From assembly GCA_017509565.1 (NCBI GenBank), contig JAFWPM010000069.1:1-62263 (forward strand): DNA of 62,263 bases, in the 5' to 3' direction. Below are positions 10,257 to 20,575 of this stretch, one piece after another. The notes under the pieces were generated by a model, which was not told the origin of the DNA, did no database searches, and worked only from the letters and a program-made list of their open reading frames with translations. The position numbers and the translations under genes were made by a program. Every line of letters starts with the position of its first letter. Position 1 is the first letter of the stretch. The DNA comes from Kiritimatiellia bacterium. GTDB taxonomy: Bacteria; Verrucomicrobiota; Kiritimatiellia; RFP12; JAAYLN01.

Positions 10257-11498
10257 ATGCCTAACACTTCCGACAGGCCGGCCGTCTCCGTTGTCGTCCC
10301 CGTGTACAACGCCGCGCGATGGCTGCCGGAGTCGCTTTCCGATCTCCTTGGGCAGACCCTGCGCGACGCCGAGTTCATTTTCGTGGACGACGGTTCCACC
10401 GATGGCTCCATGGCGCTGCTTGAGGAGGCCGCGGCACGCGACGGGCGCGTCCGGGTCCTGCGGCAGGGAAGGAGGTTCGCCGGCGCCGCGCGCAACCTTG
10501 GCCTCGATGCCGCGCGCGGGAAATGGTTCATCGCCCTCGACGCCGACGACCGTTTCAAGCCAAGGCTCCTGGAGGCGGCCGTGGCGCGAGGCGAGCAGAC
10601 CGGCGCCGACATCGTCGTCTTCGACGCCGACAGGCTCGTGATGCCCAAGGCCGCAATCGTCCCAGACCCCGGGCTGGCGAGGTGCGGGCTGCTCCCCGAC
10701 GCCCCCTTCAGGCCCGGGGAGGACACTTTCGAGGTGTTCCGCGTCGCGGCCACGTGGAACAAGCTTCACCGAACGGACTTTGTCAGGGCGCATGGTCTCA
10801 GGTACCAGGAGACCTACGAGTGCAACGACATCCGCTTTTCGTTTCTGGCGCTTGCCCATGCGGACAGGGTGGCGGCGCTGCCGCGCGTCCTGCTCCACTA
10901 CCGGACGGGGCTGGCGGACAACGTCCAGAGCAACAAGGAGGAGCACCCCTTCGACGTGCTCGCCGCATATTCATCCCTTCGCGAAATGCTCCTTGCCGGC
11001 GGCCTTTGGCCGGAGTTTGGCCGGATTTTCACCACGCGCGCGGCGATGTCGCTCTTCGGCGGGCGCATGGCCGGCTTCAAAACGCTTGAAACGGCCCGCC
11101 TCTTCGCGGACAGGCTGCGCAATTCCGCCCTTGCCGAACTCGGCCTCGCCGGGGCGGGCGAGGCCGACCTTGTCGGGCCGGACGTTCCCGCCCTTGCCGC
11201 GAAGCTGGGCGACTTCAGGTCGCTCCCGTTCGAAGACTACCTCTGGCGTGACTTCCGGGCCGCAGTGGCGTCCCGCGACTCGTTCCGCTACAAGGCATAC
11301 GGCGCCAAGCGCAGGCTCGAAGTCGCGAAGGCCGCCGGCGCTCGCGGGGAAAAGGTCCTCGCCAAGGCGCTCCGCAAGCTGGAGGCCGCCAAGAGCCGCG
11401 CCCGCTCGGTCCGGCAGTCACCCGCCTTTCGCCTGGGCATGGCGCTGACGTGGCCGCTTCGGGCCGTCTTGTCCGTCCTGCGGGGTAAAAAAATTTGA
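10257..11498 (+). CDS. Glycosyltransferase family 2
   Basis: 'VSVVVPVYN', 'VDDGSTDGS', 'GAARNLGL', 'LDADD'. Confidence 0.9.
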   Translation: MPNTSDRPAVSVVVPVYNAARWLPESLSDLLGQTLRDAEFIFVDDGSTDGSMALLEEAAARDGRVRVLRQGRRFAGAARNLGLDAARGKWFIALDADDRFKPRLLEAAVARGEQTGADIVVFDADRLVMPKAAIVPDPGLARCGLLPDAPFRPGEDTFEVFRVAATWNKLHRTDFVRAHGLRYQETYECNDIRFSFLALAHADRVAALPRVLLHYRTGLADNVQSNKEEHPFDVLAAYSSLREMLLAGGLWPEFGRIFTTRAAMSLFGGRMAGFKTLETARLFADRLRNSALAELGLAGAGEADLVGPDVPALAAKLGDFRSLPFEDYLWRDFRAAVASRDSFRYKAYGAKRRLEVAKAAGARGEKVLAKALRKLEAAKSRARSVRQSPAFRLGMALTWPLRAVLSVLRGKKI

Positions 11499-11536
11499 TA
11501 TAATGGTCGCATCCAGACCTCTTGCCTAGTCCGAAA

Positions 11537-12736
11537 ATGACAGATTCCAACGACAATTGCCCATCGATGGCCGCCGCAAGTGCTGCCGGCGGCCATTTCC
11601 GCCGAAGAGGGGCGCCTGCGGGGTGCGCCGGTAAAATAAATCTCCGCCAACGTATCTGGAACGCCTTTGCGAGGGGCCTGCGGGCCACCCTGGGGCGGTG
11701 TCTGGGCTTCCTTCTCTTTGACTGCCTTGCGAAGGAGCGAAGGCGCACCGAAAAACTAGTGGCAGACCGCCTGAAAAATTACCAGCGGCGGAACCCGACC
11801 CTGGTAACCCTCCAGAAGATGGTCAAGGTCCATGCCGTCAACAAGGAGAGGTGCGCATACGAAATGTGGCACGAACGGGGCCTCGCGGGGACTACGGGCA
11901 TGGACGAGCCGGGCGGCGTTGTCGTCTCGCTAACTTCGTATCCGGGACGCATCTACGACGTCCACTATGCGATCCACTCCCTGCTGAGGCAGTCCATCCG
12001 GCCGGAGCGCGTCGTCCTCTGGCTTGGCGAAGACCGCTTCCCCGGCCGCGAGGACGATCTTCCGGGGGCGCTGCTTGACCTCCGGCGCCGCGGGCTTGAG
12101 ATACGCTTCTGCGAGGACCTCGGGGCCTTTACCAAACTCGTCCCCGCTCTGTCCGCCTTCCCCGGAAAGACGATTGTCACCGCCGATGACGACATCTTCT
12201 ACCCGGAAAACTGGCTTGAGGCCCTGGTGAGGGCACACCGGGCCGATCCGGAGACAATATGGTGCCGCCGCGTCCGGACAATGGCGCTGGCGCCCAATGG
12301 CGACATCGCCCCGTGCCGCCTCTGGAAGGTGAACCTCAACGGCGCAGAGCCGTCATTCGCGAATTTCCTCACCGGCGTGGGCGGTGTCCTGTATCCGCCC
12401 GGCAGCCTCGACGCCGCCGCCGGCGACAAGGCCGCCTTCCGTAGGCTCACGCCGAATAACGACGACATCTGGTTTTGGGCGATGGCGGTCAGGAAGGGAA
12501 CGCGGATCGGCGCCGTCTCGGATGGTTTGCCGCCGTATCTTACATACGTGAACCGCTGGCGCGAAATGGGACTTTCCGGCGACGGGACGCTTTTGGCGTC
12601 GAATTTGCTCGGCAACGCCAACGAAGGGCAGTTCCGGTCCGTGCTTGAGGCTTGCCCAGACGTGGCGGAAAAACTCGGCGCGGAGCTGGCCGGGGCGAAT
12701 CGGAAATTCGGCGAGGGGAAGGATGCGCAACGGTAA
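11537..12736 (+). CDS. GT-A fold glycosyltransferase (start uncertain)
   Basis: 'VVSLTSYPGRI', 'KLVPAL', 'IVTADDDIFYP', 'GVGGVLYPPGSL', 'DDIWFW'; extended -10 TGATATAAT at 11496-11504. Confidence 0.75.
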   Translation: MTDSNDNCPSMAAASAAGGHFRRRGAPAGCAGKINLRQRIWNAFARGLRATLGRCLGFLLFDCLAKERRRTEKLVADRLKNYQRRNPTLVTLQKMVKVHAVNKERCAYEMWHERGLAGTTGMDEPGGVVVSLTSYPGRIYDVHYAIHSLLRQSIRPERVVLWLGEDRFPGREDDLPGALLDLRRRGLEIRFCEDLGAFTKLVPALSAFPGKTIVTADDDIFYPENWLEALVRAHRADPETIWCRRVRTMALAPNGDIAPCRLWKVNLNGAEPSFANFLTGVGGVLYPPGSLDAAAGDKAAFRRLTPNNDDIWFWAMAVRKGTRIGAVSDGLPPYLTYVNRWREMGLSGDGTLLASNLLGNANEGQFRSVLEACPDVAEKLGAELAGANRKFGEGKDAQR

Positions 12737-13803
12737 TGCTGAACGCAGTGCGAAATCTTTTTTGTAGGCGGCCTGCATCGGCGGACGAGCTAAGGAAAAT
12801 CTCACAGCAGATAAAGGCGCTGTCACGCCAGATTGTGGACCAGCAGGTGGCGGTTGCCGAAATACGCGACCGCGTGACAAGCCTGCTCGACAACGACCTC
12901 CTCTCCCGGCGCCCGCTCTATGCGGAGGCCGCCGCAACCATGGCGGAATCGCTTTCGGCCATGGCCTCGCTTCCCGATGGCGATGCCATCCGCGTGGCTT
13001 TCATTACAGACTCCGGCTACGCGCTGCCTACAGCGGTGTCAATATCGTCCATGCTCAGGCACCGGGCCCCAGAAACGAAATACTCAGTTACGGTTGTCGC
13101 CCAGGGTCTGCGTCCTGAAGACAAGGCGCTGTTCGCCCCGTTCGGGCAGGCGGTGTCGCTCCTCGAAACGGAAAACGAGCACGCCGGCCTGTTTACCGGA
13201 CACAGGCACGTCTCCGCCGCCGCCCTGCTTAAGTTCAGCCTGCCGTCCCTGTTCCCCGGCGACGACAGGGTCCTGTACCTTGACGGCGACATTCTGGTGT
13301 TCAAGGACCTCGCGCCGCTTTGGAATACGCCGCTTGGCGGTTCCTACGCGGCCGCCGCCAAGGACTTCGCCGCCTGCGTTCACGGGAAACACAATGTCGT
13401 CCTCGGACACGCCAACTACTTCAACACCGGCGTGATGCTGCTGAATCTCGCGCTCATGCGCGACGACTCCATCGCCGAACGCCTTATCAACGCAAAGCGA
13501 CACGAGCCCGCCACGCACGCCTTTGTGGACCAGACGGCTTTCAATGTCGCATTCGGCGACAAGGTTGAATATGTGTCGCCCATGTTCAACATGATGCTCG
13601 CGAACAATCGCCGCTGGTCGCCCAAACCGGCCAGGGTCGCGAAATTCTATGGCCTGACGGAGAGGGAATACGACCGAATCGCCGCCTCCCCCGCCATTCT
13701 CCACCTGACGAACGCCATCAAGCCATGGATTTCGAAAAATGCGCCAGGCTACGAACTTTGGCAGGACGAATTCGGCGTCTACGGCGCATTCCGCGGAAAA
13801 TGA
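12736..13803 (+). CDS. Glycosyltransferase family 8
   Basis: 'RVLYLDGDILV', 'YFNTGVMLLNL', 'DQTAFN', 'ILHLT...KPW'; TAATG overlap with the upstream gene. Confidence 0.9.
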   Translation: MLNAVRNLFCRRPASADELRKISQQIKALSRQIVDQQVAVAEIRDRVTSLLDNDLLSRRPLYAEAAATMAESLSAMASLPDGDAIRVAFITDSGYALPTAVSISSMLRHRAPETKYSVTVVAQGLRPEDKALFAPFGQAVSLLETENEHAGLFTGHRHVSAAALLKFSLPSLFPGDDRVLYLDGDILVFKDLAPLWNTPLGGSYAAAAKDFAACVHGKHNVVLGHANYFNTGVMLLNLALMRDDSIAERLINAKRHEPATHAFVDQTAFNVAFGDKVEYVSPMFNMMLANNRRWSPKPARVAKFYGLTEREYDRIAASPAILHLTNAIKPWISKNAPGYELWQDEFGVYGAFRGK

Positions 13804-16349
13804 CCATGCCCCGCACAAGGTTTCTTCAAGACAGGCGCTGGCTTCTGGCCGTTCTGGCCGCCCTTGGCGCCGCCCTCTATCTCGTAGCCCTGTGGCCGGC
13901 GCCGGCGCACTTCGCCAGCTGCGTCCCCCATTCGCTGGCAGCCGAGAATTCGCGCGTCTTCGAGATGGCTGGCGGAGATCACCTCCAGCTGATCTACCAC
14001 TTTGAGCTTCTGGGCGACTACATCCGCGGCGTTGTCCCGTGGTTCAGCGACCTCTGGGAGTTCAACACGTCCGACGCCGACAGGCCGCCAAGGCCCGATG
14101 GCTGCTACGCCCCCTTCGCCCTGCCCTATGTCGCCCTTCGCGCAGTCGGCGCAACGGACGCCTTCGCCTACAACGCGGTGTCGCTCCTTTCGGCCATCCT
14201 CGGCGTTATTCTGTGCTTCGCGCTGGCGCGGCGATGCGGCGCCGGTCGGCGCGGCGCACTGCTGGCCGCCGCCATCGCCGGATGCGTCCCCTACCGCTGG
14301 GTTACGCTGGCGACCGGTTCGCCGACGGGCTTCGGCATGGGGATTGTCCCGGCCGTCGCGCTCGGGCTCGACATCGCGCTGCGCGATGGCCGCGCGCGTG
14401 GCGGCGCCATCGCCGGCGTGTCGCTTCTTCTCCTCTGGATGTCGGACCTCCACTGCTTCTTCTTTTCCACCCTTGCCATTCCCCTATGGGTCGCCACGTC
14501 TCTCATAATCGGGCCGCGCGGCGGGGCCACGTCCCCGCGCCCCGCCCGGCTTTTGCGCGCGATGCTCCCCTTCGCCCTCTGCTGCGTGGCCGTCGTTCTC
14601 GCCGTCCGGCTCACCGGAAGCGGCTACGCCGGCACCAACGTGGAGGCCGGGCGCACGCTCGACTCCGTCATGCGCCATTCCCCAAAATGGTCGTCGCTGA
14701 TTAGGCCCGACCCGGCAGGCGTCCTCCCCGGCCATCTTCACGTAGGGTTGGCCCTGCCCATCCTGGGCGCGCTCGTGACCATCGTGTTTGGCACCGTTGC
14801 CATGCGGGGAGGGCTCGCCCGGCGCTCGCACGCAGGCAATCCGCCATGCCGCCGGATGGCCTTTGCCGGACTCCTTCTCGCATTGGCGATTGTCCTCTCC
14901 TTCCTTGTGTCCGTAGGCACGAACGGCCCATTCAGGGGGCTGCCCATTCTGCTGTTGCGCGCGGCCGTGCCCCGCTTCAACATGATTCGACAGCCGGTAA
15001 AAGTCCTGTGTCTTCTTCCGACACTCTGCGCCGCATTCTTCGGGCTGTGCCTCGCCATCCTCTGCCGCCTGCGGCGCCCGCCGCGCCTCGCGCCCGCGCT
15101 GTCCCTTGCCATCGCCGCAATTGTCGCCATCGATGCCCGCCTCGGCACCGTCGTCGGCGTCGACCGCCTTGTTGGAGAAAACGCCGCCTACGCCGCCGCC
15201 GTCGGCGCAGCCCGTGCCAGGGGGCAGACGCCCCGCGCGATCGTCCTCCCGATTTTCCGCGGCGATGCCGTTTTGAACGCCCCATATCTTTATTGGGCGC
15301 GCATCTCACGGCTTAGGATGCTTAACGGTTACACTGCGGTCTGGTCGTATGACTATGAGGAAAATATCGCCAGCCGCTTTAGGACAATGGAGGAGGGCGA
15401 CCTCTCAGACGACCAGGTGGCAGGCCTGCGCGCCATGGGGGTTAACTCGGTCATTGTCCATGAGGATTTGCTTGCCTGCCTGCGCAGCCTAGCCTTCCCG
15501 GGCGGGGCGACGCTCAGAAGGATGCTTGCCAACCCAAGACTGCGCTTTCTCGCCGTGGACCGCGGCGTCTGGTCGTTTGAGCTCCTGCCCGACGACGAGA
15601 AGGCCGCTGTCGCCCCCTTCGCGCCATCGGTCGAGACGGCCCTGCGCCATCGCCATTACGATGGCGGCAAGGGCTCCGGCGCCCAGAAAATACGCTCCGC
15701 CGCGGAAATCCATACGGACGGCTATGGTTGGCTGGTTCGCGCGAGTGCCGGCGCCACTCTCAAGATTGTCTCGCGAACCATGGGCGAGGATGGCGGGAAA
15801 AATGAAGTTTTCACCCTGTTCCCGCCAATTCCAGATTCGGGGCGCCATGACTTCCGCCTATGCTTCCTACCGGCGCAGCGCCCCGGCGCGGACCGCGTCA
15901 TCCGCTCCTCCGTGCGCGGCAAGGCCCGCGTGACGGATGCCATGTTCGCCTCGGCCATGGCGACCAACGGCTTCCACCGAGTTTGCTTCGCAGACCTCTA
16001 CCACCGCTGGGGCGAAACCATTCTCGGCGAAGACGGCCAGCCCGCCGGCATCCGTTTTTCGCCAGGCCGCGCCCCGGCGTGCCATGCCGTTGCCGGCCCC
16101 TTCCTGCCGCCGGCCCCGGACATGCGGGAAGTCCGCCTCGAATCATTCTCCGCCAGCCGCATTCTCCCCGACGGCACCGACCTCGGCCCGCCGGCCATCT
16201 CCGTTGTCCGCCCGGACGGGACAAGCGTCCCCCTCAACATTGGCGACGCCCTTCCGGGCGATGGCACGGAGCCAGTCTCCTTCGATGTCGAATACGACCC
16301 CGCCGACGGCGCAACCCTAGAACTCCGCGAGCTGGTCCTTGGCTGGTAG
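13800..16349 (+). CDS. Polytopic membrane protein, probable GT-C/YfhO-like glycan transferase
   Basis: Many hydrophobic helices, then a soluble domain with 'MLNGYT'; ATGA overlap with the GT8 gene. Confidence 0.6.
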   Translation: MTMPRTRFLQDRRWLLAVLAALGAALYLVALWPAPAHFASCVPHSLAAENSRVFEMAGGDHLQLIYHFELLGDYIRGVVPWFSDLWEFNTSDADRPPRPDGCYAPFALPYVALRAVGATDAFAYNAVSLLSAILGVILCFALARRCGAGRRGALLAAAIAGCVPYRWVTLATGSPTGFGMGIVPAVALGLDIALRDGRARGGAIAGVSLLLLWMSDLHCFFFSTLAIPLWVATSLIIGPRGGATSPRPARLLRAMLPFALCCVAVVLAVRLTGSGYAGTNVEAGRTLDSVMRHSPKWSSLIRPDPAGVLPGHLHVGLALPILGALVTIVFGTVAMRGGLARRSHAGNPPCRRMAFAGLLLALAIVLSFLVSVGTNGPFRGLPILLLRAAVPRFNMIRQPVKVLCLLPTLCAAFFGLCLAILCRLRRPPRLAPALSLAIAAIVAIDARLGTVVGVDRLVGENAAYAAAVGAARARGQTPRAIVLPIFRGDAVLNAPYLYWARISRLRMLNGYTAVWSYDYEENIASRFRTMEEGDLSDDQVAGLRAMGVNSVIVHEDLLACLRSLAFPGGATLRRMLANPRLRFLAVDRGVWSFELLPDDEKAAVAPFAPSVETALRHRHYDGGKGSGAQKIRSAAEIHTDGYGWLVRASAGATLKIVSRTMGEDGGKNEVFTLFPPIPDSGRHDFRLCFLPAQRPGADRVIRSSVRGKARVTDAMFASAMATNGFHRVCFADLYHRWGETILGEDGQPAGIRFSPGRAPACHAVAGPFLPPAPDMREVRLESFSASRILPDGTDLGPPAISVVRPDGTSVPLNIGDALPGDGTEPVSFDVEYDPADGATLELRELVLGW

Positions 16350-16399
16350 GCCAGGGAATCCGCGTAGCGCCATGCGGGCATTTGACATCTTGAACCACG

Positions 16400-17791
16400 A
16401 TGAAAGCGCTTCAAACGGCAATTTGCATGGCCCTTGCGATGAACTGCGCCATGGCCGCCACGACAAAGACCGGCGGCGTGGCCAGGTTCGCCCTTTGCCA
16501 GACACCCGCGCTTGAGGCGGGGTGCGCCGACCCGGTTTCGAACATTTTCGACTGGGTGGGGGAGCGCCTCGTCGGCGACGAGGACGCCGTTGTCCTCCCC
16601 GAATACGCCTTTACCACATTTTCAGAATTCGCCGGCGCCTGGGATTTCGCCGCCGAGGTATGGGACGCCTCCGCCGCCTTCGCCGCTGAAAACTCGGTCT
16701 GGCTTTTTGTCAACCACCCCAACCGCGCGGGGGGCGCCGACTCCCCGCTTTTCAACGAGACCCGCGTTTTCTCGCCGCAGGGCGAGACTTTCGCCTTTTA
16801 TCGCAAACGCGAACTTGCGAACATGGATCGCGCGGCGGGGTTCTCCAGGGGCGATGCCGCCATGGTCGCCGGACTCCCCTTCGGCGATGTCGGCATTTTG
16901 GTGTGCAAGGACGCCCAATATCCGGAAAAGGGGGGCGATGGCTATGTCGGGGCATCGCTGTTGCTTGTCCAGTTCGCCCATCCCGGCGTCGACGACCCCG
17001 AGGCGCCAGAGGCCAAAACATTCGATCCTACCGCCGAGGCGATGCAGACTTTCCGCGACACCTGCGGCAAGTGGTCTTTCCTGTCGGTCCCCTATCTTGC
17101 GGTCAACAAGGCCGGCCCGGACGGCAACTACAATCTCTGCGGCGGCACATTCGCGGCGGATGACGCCGGCAACGTCGTGGGCGGCCTGGACGGCGACCCC
17201 GGCGTCCTGGTGGTGGATGTCGCGCTTGCGGAAGACGGCCGCATCCCGGCGCCCCCGGCCCCCGCGCAAAGGGCGCCGGCAACCTACACCGTCAAGTTCA
17301 ACGCCTGCGGCGGTGCGCTTCCGGCTGGCAAGAAGATGGCGGCGCAGACCATAACCTGCGGCAAGGCGGCGAAGTTGCGGAAGAACGCCTTCGCGCGCGA
17401 GGGGTATGTGTTCGCCGGCTGGGCGACGAGCAAGGCGAACGCGAAGAAATGGCTTGTTTCCTACGTCAACGCCCAAAAGGTCTCCGACATCTCCCCAGCC
17501 GGCGGGACGACTTCGCTTTATGCCGTCTGGGCCAGGCCGAAATACAAGGTCGCCTTCTACGCGAACGGCGGCGCCGGCGCCACGGTGGTCCAGACTGTAA
17601 AATACGGCAAGGCGACCACCTTGGCGAAGTGCAAGTTCAAGGCGCCGAAGGGCAGGAAGTTCGCCGGCTGGGCGACGAGCAAGGCGAATGCCAAGGCCGG
17701 AAAGGTAAAATACAGGAACGGGGCGGCAATCAAGGGGCTTGTCGCCAGCGGCAAGACCGTCAAACTCTACGCGGTCTGGAAGAAGAAGTAG
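16400..17791 (+). CDS. Secreted carbon-nitrogen hydrolase (nitrilase superfamily) with C-terminal InlB-B repeats
   Basis: Signal peptide; E-K-C triad motifs 'LPEY', 'YRKREL', 'LVCKD'; two Flg_new repeats. Confidence 0.8.
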   Translation: MKALQTAICMALAMNCAMAATTKTGGVARFALCQTPALEAGCADPVSNIFDWVGERLVGDEDAVVLPEYAFTTFSEFAGAWDFAAEVWDASAAFAAENSVWLFVNHPNRAGGADSPLFNETRVFSPQGETFAFYRKRELANMDRAAGFSRGDAAMVAGLPFGDVGILVCKDAQYPEKGGDGYVGASLLLVQFAHPGVDDPEAPEAKTFDPTAEAMQTFRDTCGKWSFLSVPYLAVNKAGPDGNYNLCGGTFAADDAGNVVGGLDGDPGVLVVDVALAEDGRIPAPPAPAQRAPATYTVKFNACGGALPAGKKMAAQTITCGKAAKLRKNAFAREGYVFAGWATSKANAKKWLVSYVNAQKVSDISPAGGTTSLYAVWARPKYKVAFYANGGAGATVVQTVKYGKATTLAKCKFKAPKGRKFAGWATSKANAKAGKVKYRNGAAIKGLVASGKTVKLYAVWKKK

Positions 17792-17999
17792 GAAGCCCGG
17801 CCGTGGCGGCCGGCCCGTAGGTTGCGCTTCTGCATTTTACGGAAATCAAGCCGCTTGACACCATTGCGCCATTTTGGCAGAATTGATTCAAACAGCCGCT
17901 TAGGTTCCGGCGAATGTCCGCCGCCCATTCCACGCGCCCTTGCGTTCCCGAGTTGGGAATGTGCGCCGGCATGGTGGCCGTTGGCGAATCGCCGGGCCG

Positions 18000-18628
18000 T
18001 GCCGCAGCCTACAATGACATCCATGCAGACCGAAATGCCCGAACGCCAAGAGCCGCCAGAACGCCGCGGCCTTCTTCGCGACCTGCCGCCCCGCGGAGCC
18101 GAAGCCCACTATGCCGAGCGTCATGTGGTTGAGGCTGCGCCCCCGGAAGCGGATGAACGGCGAGTCGTTGTCTAGGCCCCAGACGGTGTCGCGGTATTCG
18201 GCGGGCTTGCTGCGGGCGTCGGTCGTGATGGCGCGTTCGTGGACGAGGTTCGTCGTCTTGGTGACGTTGCGCGCGAGGTCGAGCAGGAACGCCATCACCA
18301 TCTCGGAGACGGCCGCGGCATTGCGCCCCAGGTTGTTGCAGACGATCACGCCCTGCTTCATCGCCCTGTCGAGGTCTATCACGGTCTTGACCCCGCCGCG
18401 GCAGCATACGATTATCTCAAGGTTCTTCGCGGCGTCGAAAATCTCCGCGTCGATGGTGTCGTATTCGCAAACGAGGATGTCGATGTCCGCGACGCGGCGC
18501 CTAAGCTCGGCGCGCGGCATCACAACGTGGTCGATTGCGTATCCGGCGAACTCGAATTCAATGCGGTCGGCCAGGGGTTCAAGCTGCTGGCGGTCAAGTT
18601 CCGCGGTGACGAGGGCTTTCCGTTTCAT
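18000..18628 (-). pseudogene. Truncated 2-hydroxyacid dehydrogenase
   Basis: Intact through 'NAAAVSE' and 'TLGIVGFGSAGRQVAKKAAAF'; similarity is then lost, and the DIVSLH/INTAR half is missing. Confidence 0.75.
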
Positions 18629-18644
18629 TGTTCCGTTTTCCGGG

Positions 18645-19445
18645 TCAGTCGGGGTTATAGGCGGCGAGGACTTCGGACGTCGGCCCGTCCATGCGGATCC
18701 TGCCGCCGTCAAACCAGAGGCAGCGCGAGCAAATCGTCCGGATGTTGCCCATCGAGTGGGAGACGAAAAGTATCGTTCGGCCGGAGGATGTGATTTCCTT
18801 CATGCGGGCGAGGCTTTTCTTGCGGAAGGCCGCGTCGCCGACAGCGAGGACTTCGTCAAGCAGCAGGATGTCGGAATCGAGCGACGAGGCGACCGAGAAG
18901 GCCAGCCGGACATACATCCCGGACGAGTAGCGCTTCACGGGCGTGTCGAGAAAATCCCCGACCTCCGAAAACTCCACAATCTCGTCAAACCGCTTGTCGA
19001 TTTCCGCCGTGGACATTCCAAGGACGCTTCCGTTGAGGTAAATGTTCTCGCGGCCCGTCAGTTCGGGGTTGAACCCCGTCCCGACCTCAAGAAGCGCCCC
19101 GACCTTGCCGCGCATCAGCACCCGCCCCGCCGAAGGCGACGTTATGCGGGCGAGAATCTTCAGCATCGTAGACTTCCCCGCGCCGTTGCGGCCTATCAGG
19201 CCGACGGTTTCGCCCTTGCGGATGTCGAACGACACGTCGGAAAGGGCGTGGAAAATGCCGGATTTTTCAAGGCGCCTGCCGCCGATTTTGCCCATTTCGG
19301 CGCTCGGGTCCTTGCCGGCCAGCTTAAGAATCTGGTAGCGGAGTTCGTCACGGAATGTGTGGCGGTTTATGACACCGAGCCTGTAGTCCTTGCCGATGCC
19401 CTCGACGCGGATCGCCAGTGAATCGTCTGCCAGGAAGTCTTTCAC
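18645..19445 (-). CDS. wzt: Polysaccharide ABC exporter ATPase (Wzt/RfbB-like), no C-terminal carbohydrate-binding domain
   Basis: 'GRNGAGKST', 'YSSGMYVRLAF', 'LLDEVLAVGD', 'VSH'; GTG start assumed. Confidence 0.9.
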   Translation of the reverse strand: MKDFLADDSLAIRVEGIGKDYRLGVINRHTFRDELRYQILKLAGKDPSAEMGKIGGRRLEKSGIFHALSDVSFDIRKGETVGLIGRNGAGKSTMLKILARITSPSAGRVLMRGKVGALLEVGTGFNPELTGRENIYLNGSVLGMSTAEIDKRFDEIVEFSEVGDFLDTPVKRYSSGMYVRLAFSVASSLDSDILLLDEVLAVGDAAFRKKSLARMKEITSSGRTILFVSHSMGNIRTICSRCLWFDGGRIRMDGPTSEVLAAYNPD

Positions 19446-19455
19446 GCGAGGGCCC

Positions 19456-20328
19456 TCAGAAGGTGTCAACGAAATTGCGTTGGACGCGGTTGAAGGCCCC
19501 GACGCCCACAATGAGGCAAAGCGCCGTCACGGCCACGCTCGCCAGCGCCGCCTGGCGTGTCACAATCCCCGTGCCGAAAAGCATAAGGCGCATGGCCTCC
19601 GCGGGGAATGAAACCGGGTTCAGCAACAATACGCATTTTATCCACCCGGTTGTGACGTTGCGCATCGAGAAGATAATGGGCGACGAGTACATCCACACTT
19701 GGAGGATGAATGGCATCGCGAACTTCATATCGCGGTATTTTGTGGTGAATGAGGCGAAGATGAGCCCGACGCCGAAGGCGACCAGCCCAAGATAGGCCAT
19801 GTGGACGGGAAGCAGCAGAATCCACCATGTCGGGCGCGCGGCGAGCCCGCGCGAAAGGTGGTAGGCGTAGACGGCCACGACTACCAGCAGGTTCCAGCCG
19901 AAAAACACAAGGTGGGAGACCGGGAAGGTCATAGGCAGGATGAACCGCGGGAAATATACCTTCGAGAAGAGCGCCTTCCCGTGTGAAAAGGCGTTGGCGA
20001 CGCCGTTGAGCGCGCCGCGGAAGTAGTTCCAGACCAAAAGGCCGCTAAGGTAGAACAGCGCCCTGGGAAGGCCGTCGGTCGGAATCTTCGCTATGCGCCC
20101 GAATACTACGGAGAAGACCGTAGCCATCAGGACTGGCTGGAGGATGAACCAAATCGGGCCGAGGATCGTCTGCTTGTAGACTATGGAGACGTCGCGCTTA
20201 ACCAGGAGCCAAAGCAGCTCGCGGCCCGCCCAAATCTCATGCCAGTCAATGTCAAACCAGCCACGCTGCGGCTCGATGACCGTTATGGCTTCCCCCCGTT
20301 CTTGTTTGGTATTGTCGCTTTTCTTCAT
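19456..20328 (-). CDS. wzm: Polysaccharide ABC exporter permease (Wzm)
   Basis: 'RELLWLLVKRD..YKQTILG', 'KVYFPR', 'YRD', 'LNP'. Confidence 0.9.
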   Translation of the reverse strand: MKKSDNTKQERGEAITVIEPQRGWFDIDWHEIWAGRELLWLLVKRDVSIVYKQTILGPIWFILQPVLMATVFSVVFGRIAKIPTDGLPRALFYLSGLLVWNYFRGALNGVANAFSHGKALFSKVYFPRFILPMTFPVSHLVFFGWNLLVVVAVYAYHLSRGLAARPTWWILLLPVHMAYLGLVAFGVGLIFASFTTKYRDMKFAMPFILQVWMYSSPIIFSMRNVTTGWIKCVLLLNPVSFPAEAMRLMLFGTGIVTRQAALASVAVTALCLIVGVGAFNRVQRNFVDTF

Positions 20329-20447
20329 GTCGCTGGCGGACAGGCGCTGTTTGCCCAATGCCGGGGAATATTATACCAAAATCGCATCGCCCCGTTGGCG
20401 CGGCATTTGACGTTGATGGGCAAGGAGGATTTTGTTCCACAAAAACT

Positions 20448-20476
20448 TTGACGCCAACTACCCCCTTTGCTAGACT
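20448..20476 (+). promoter_or_regulatory. sigma70-type promoter reading into the island
   Basis: TTGACG-17bp-TAGACT with a TG extension. Confidence 0.55.
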
Positions 20477-20480
20477 ATTT

Positions 20481-20517
20481 GCGCAGTTCGCCGTCCGGCG
20501 CGCGTGGCGCGCCGCGA
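20481..20517 (+). repeat. 37-bp direct repeat, copy 1
   Basis: gcgcagttcgccgtccggcgcgcgtggcgcgccgcga; one mismatch to 23939-23975. Confidence 0.9.
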
Positions 20518-20540
20518 TGGCACCAAGGATTTTTACCAAC

Positions 20541-20575
20541 CACTAGTCACTAGCCACTAGCCACTGACCACTAAT
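20541..20575. repeat. Heptamer tandem repeat (CACTAGC-like x5)
   Basis: cactagt cactagc cactagc cactgac cactaat. Confidence 0.85.
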
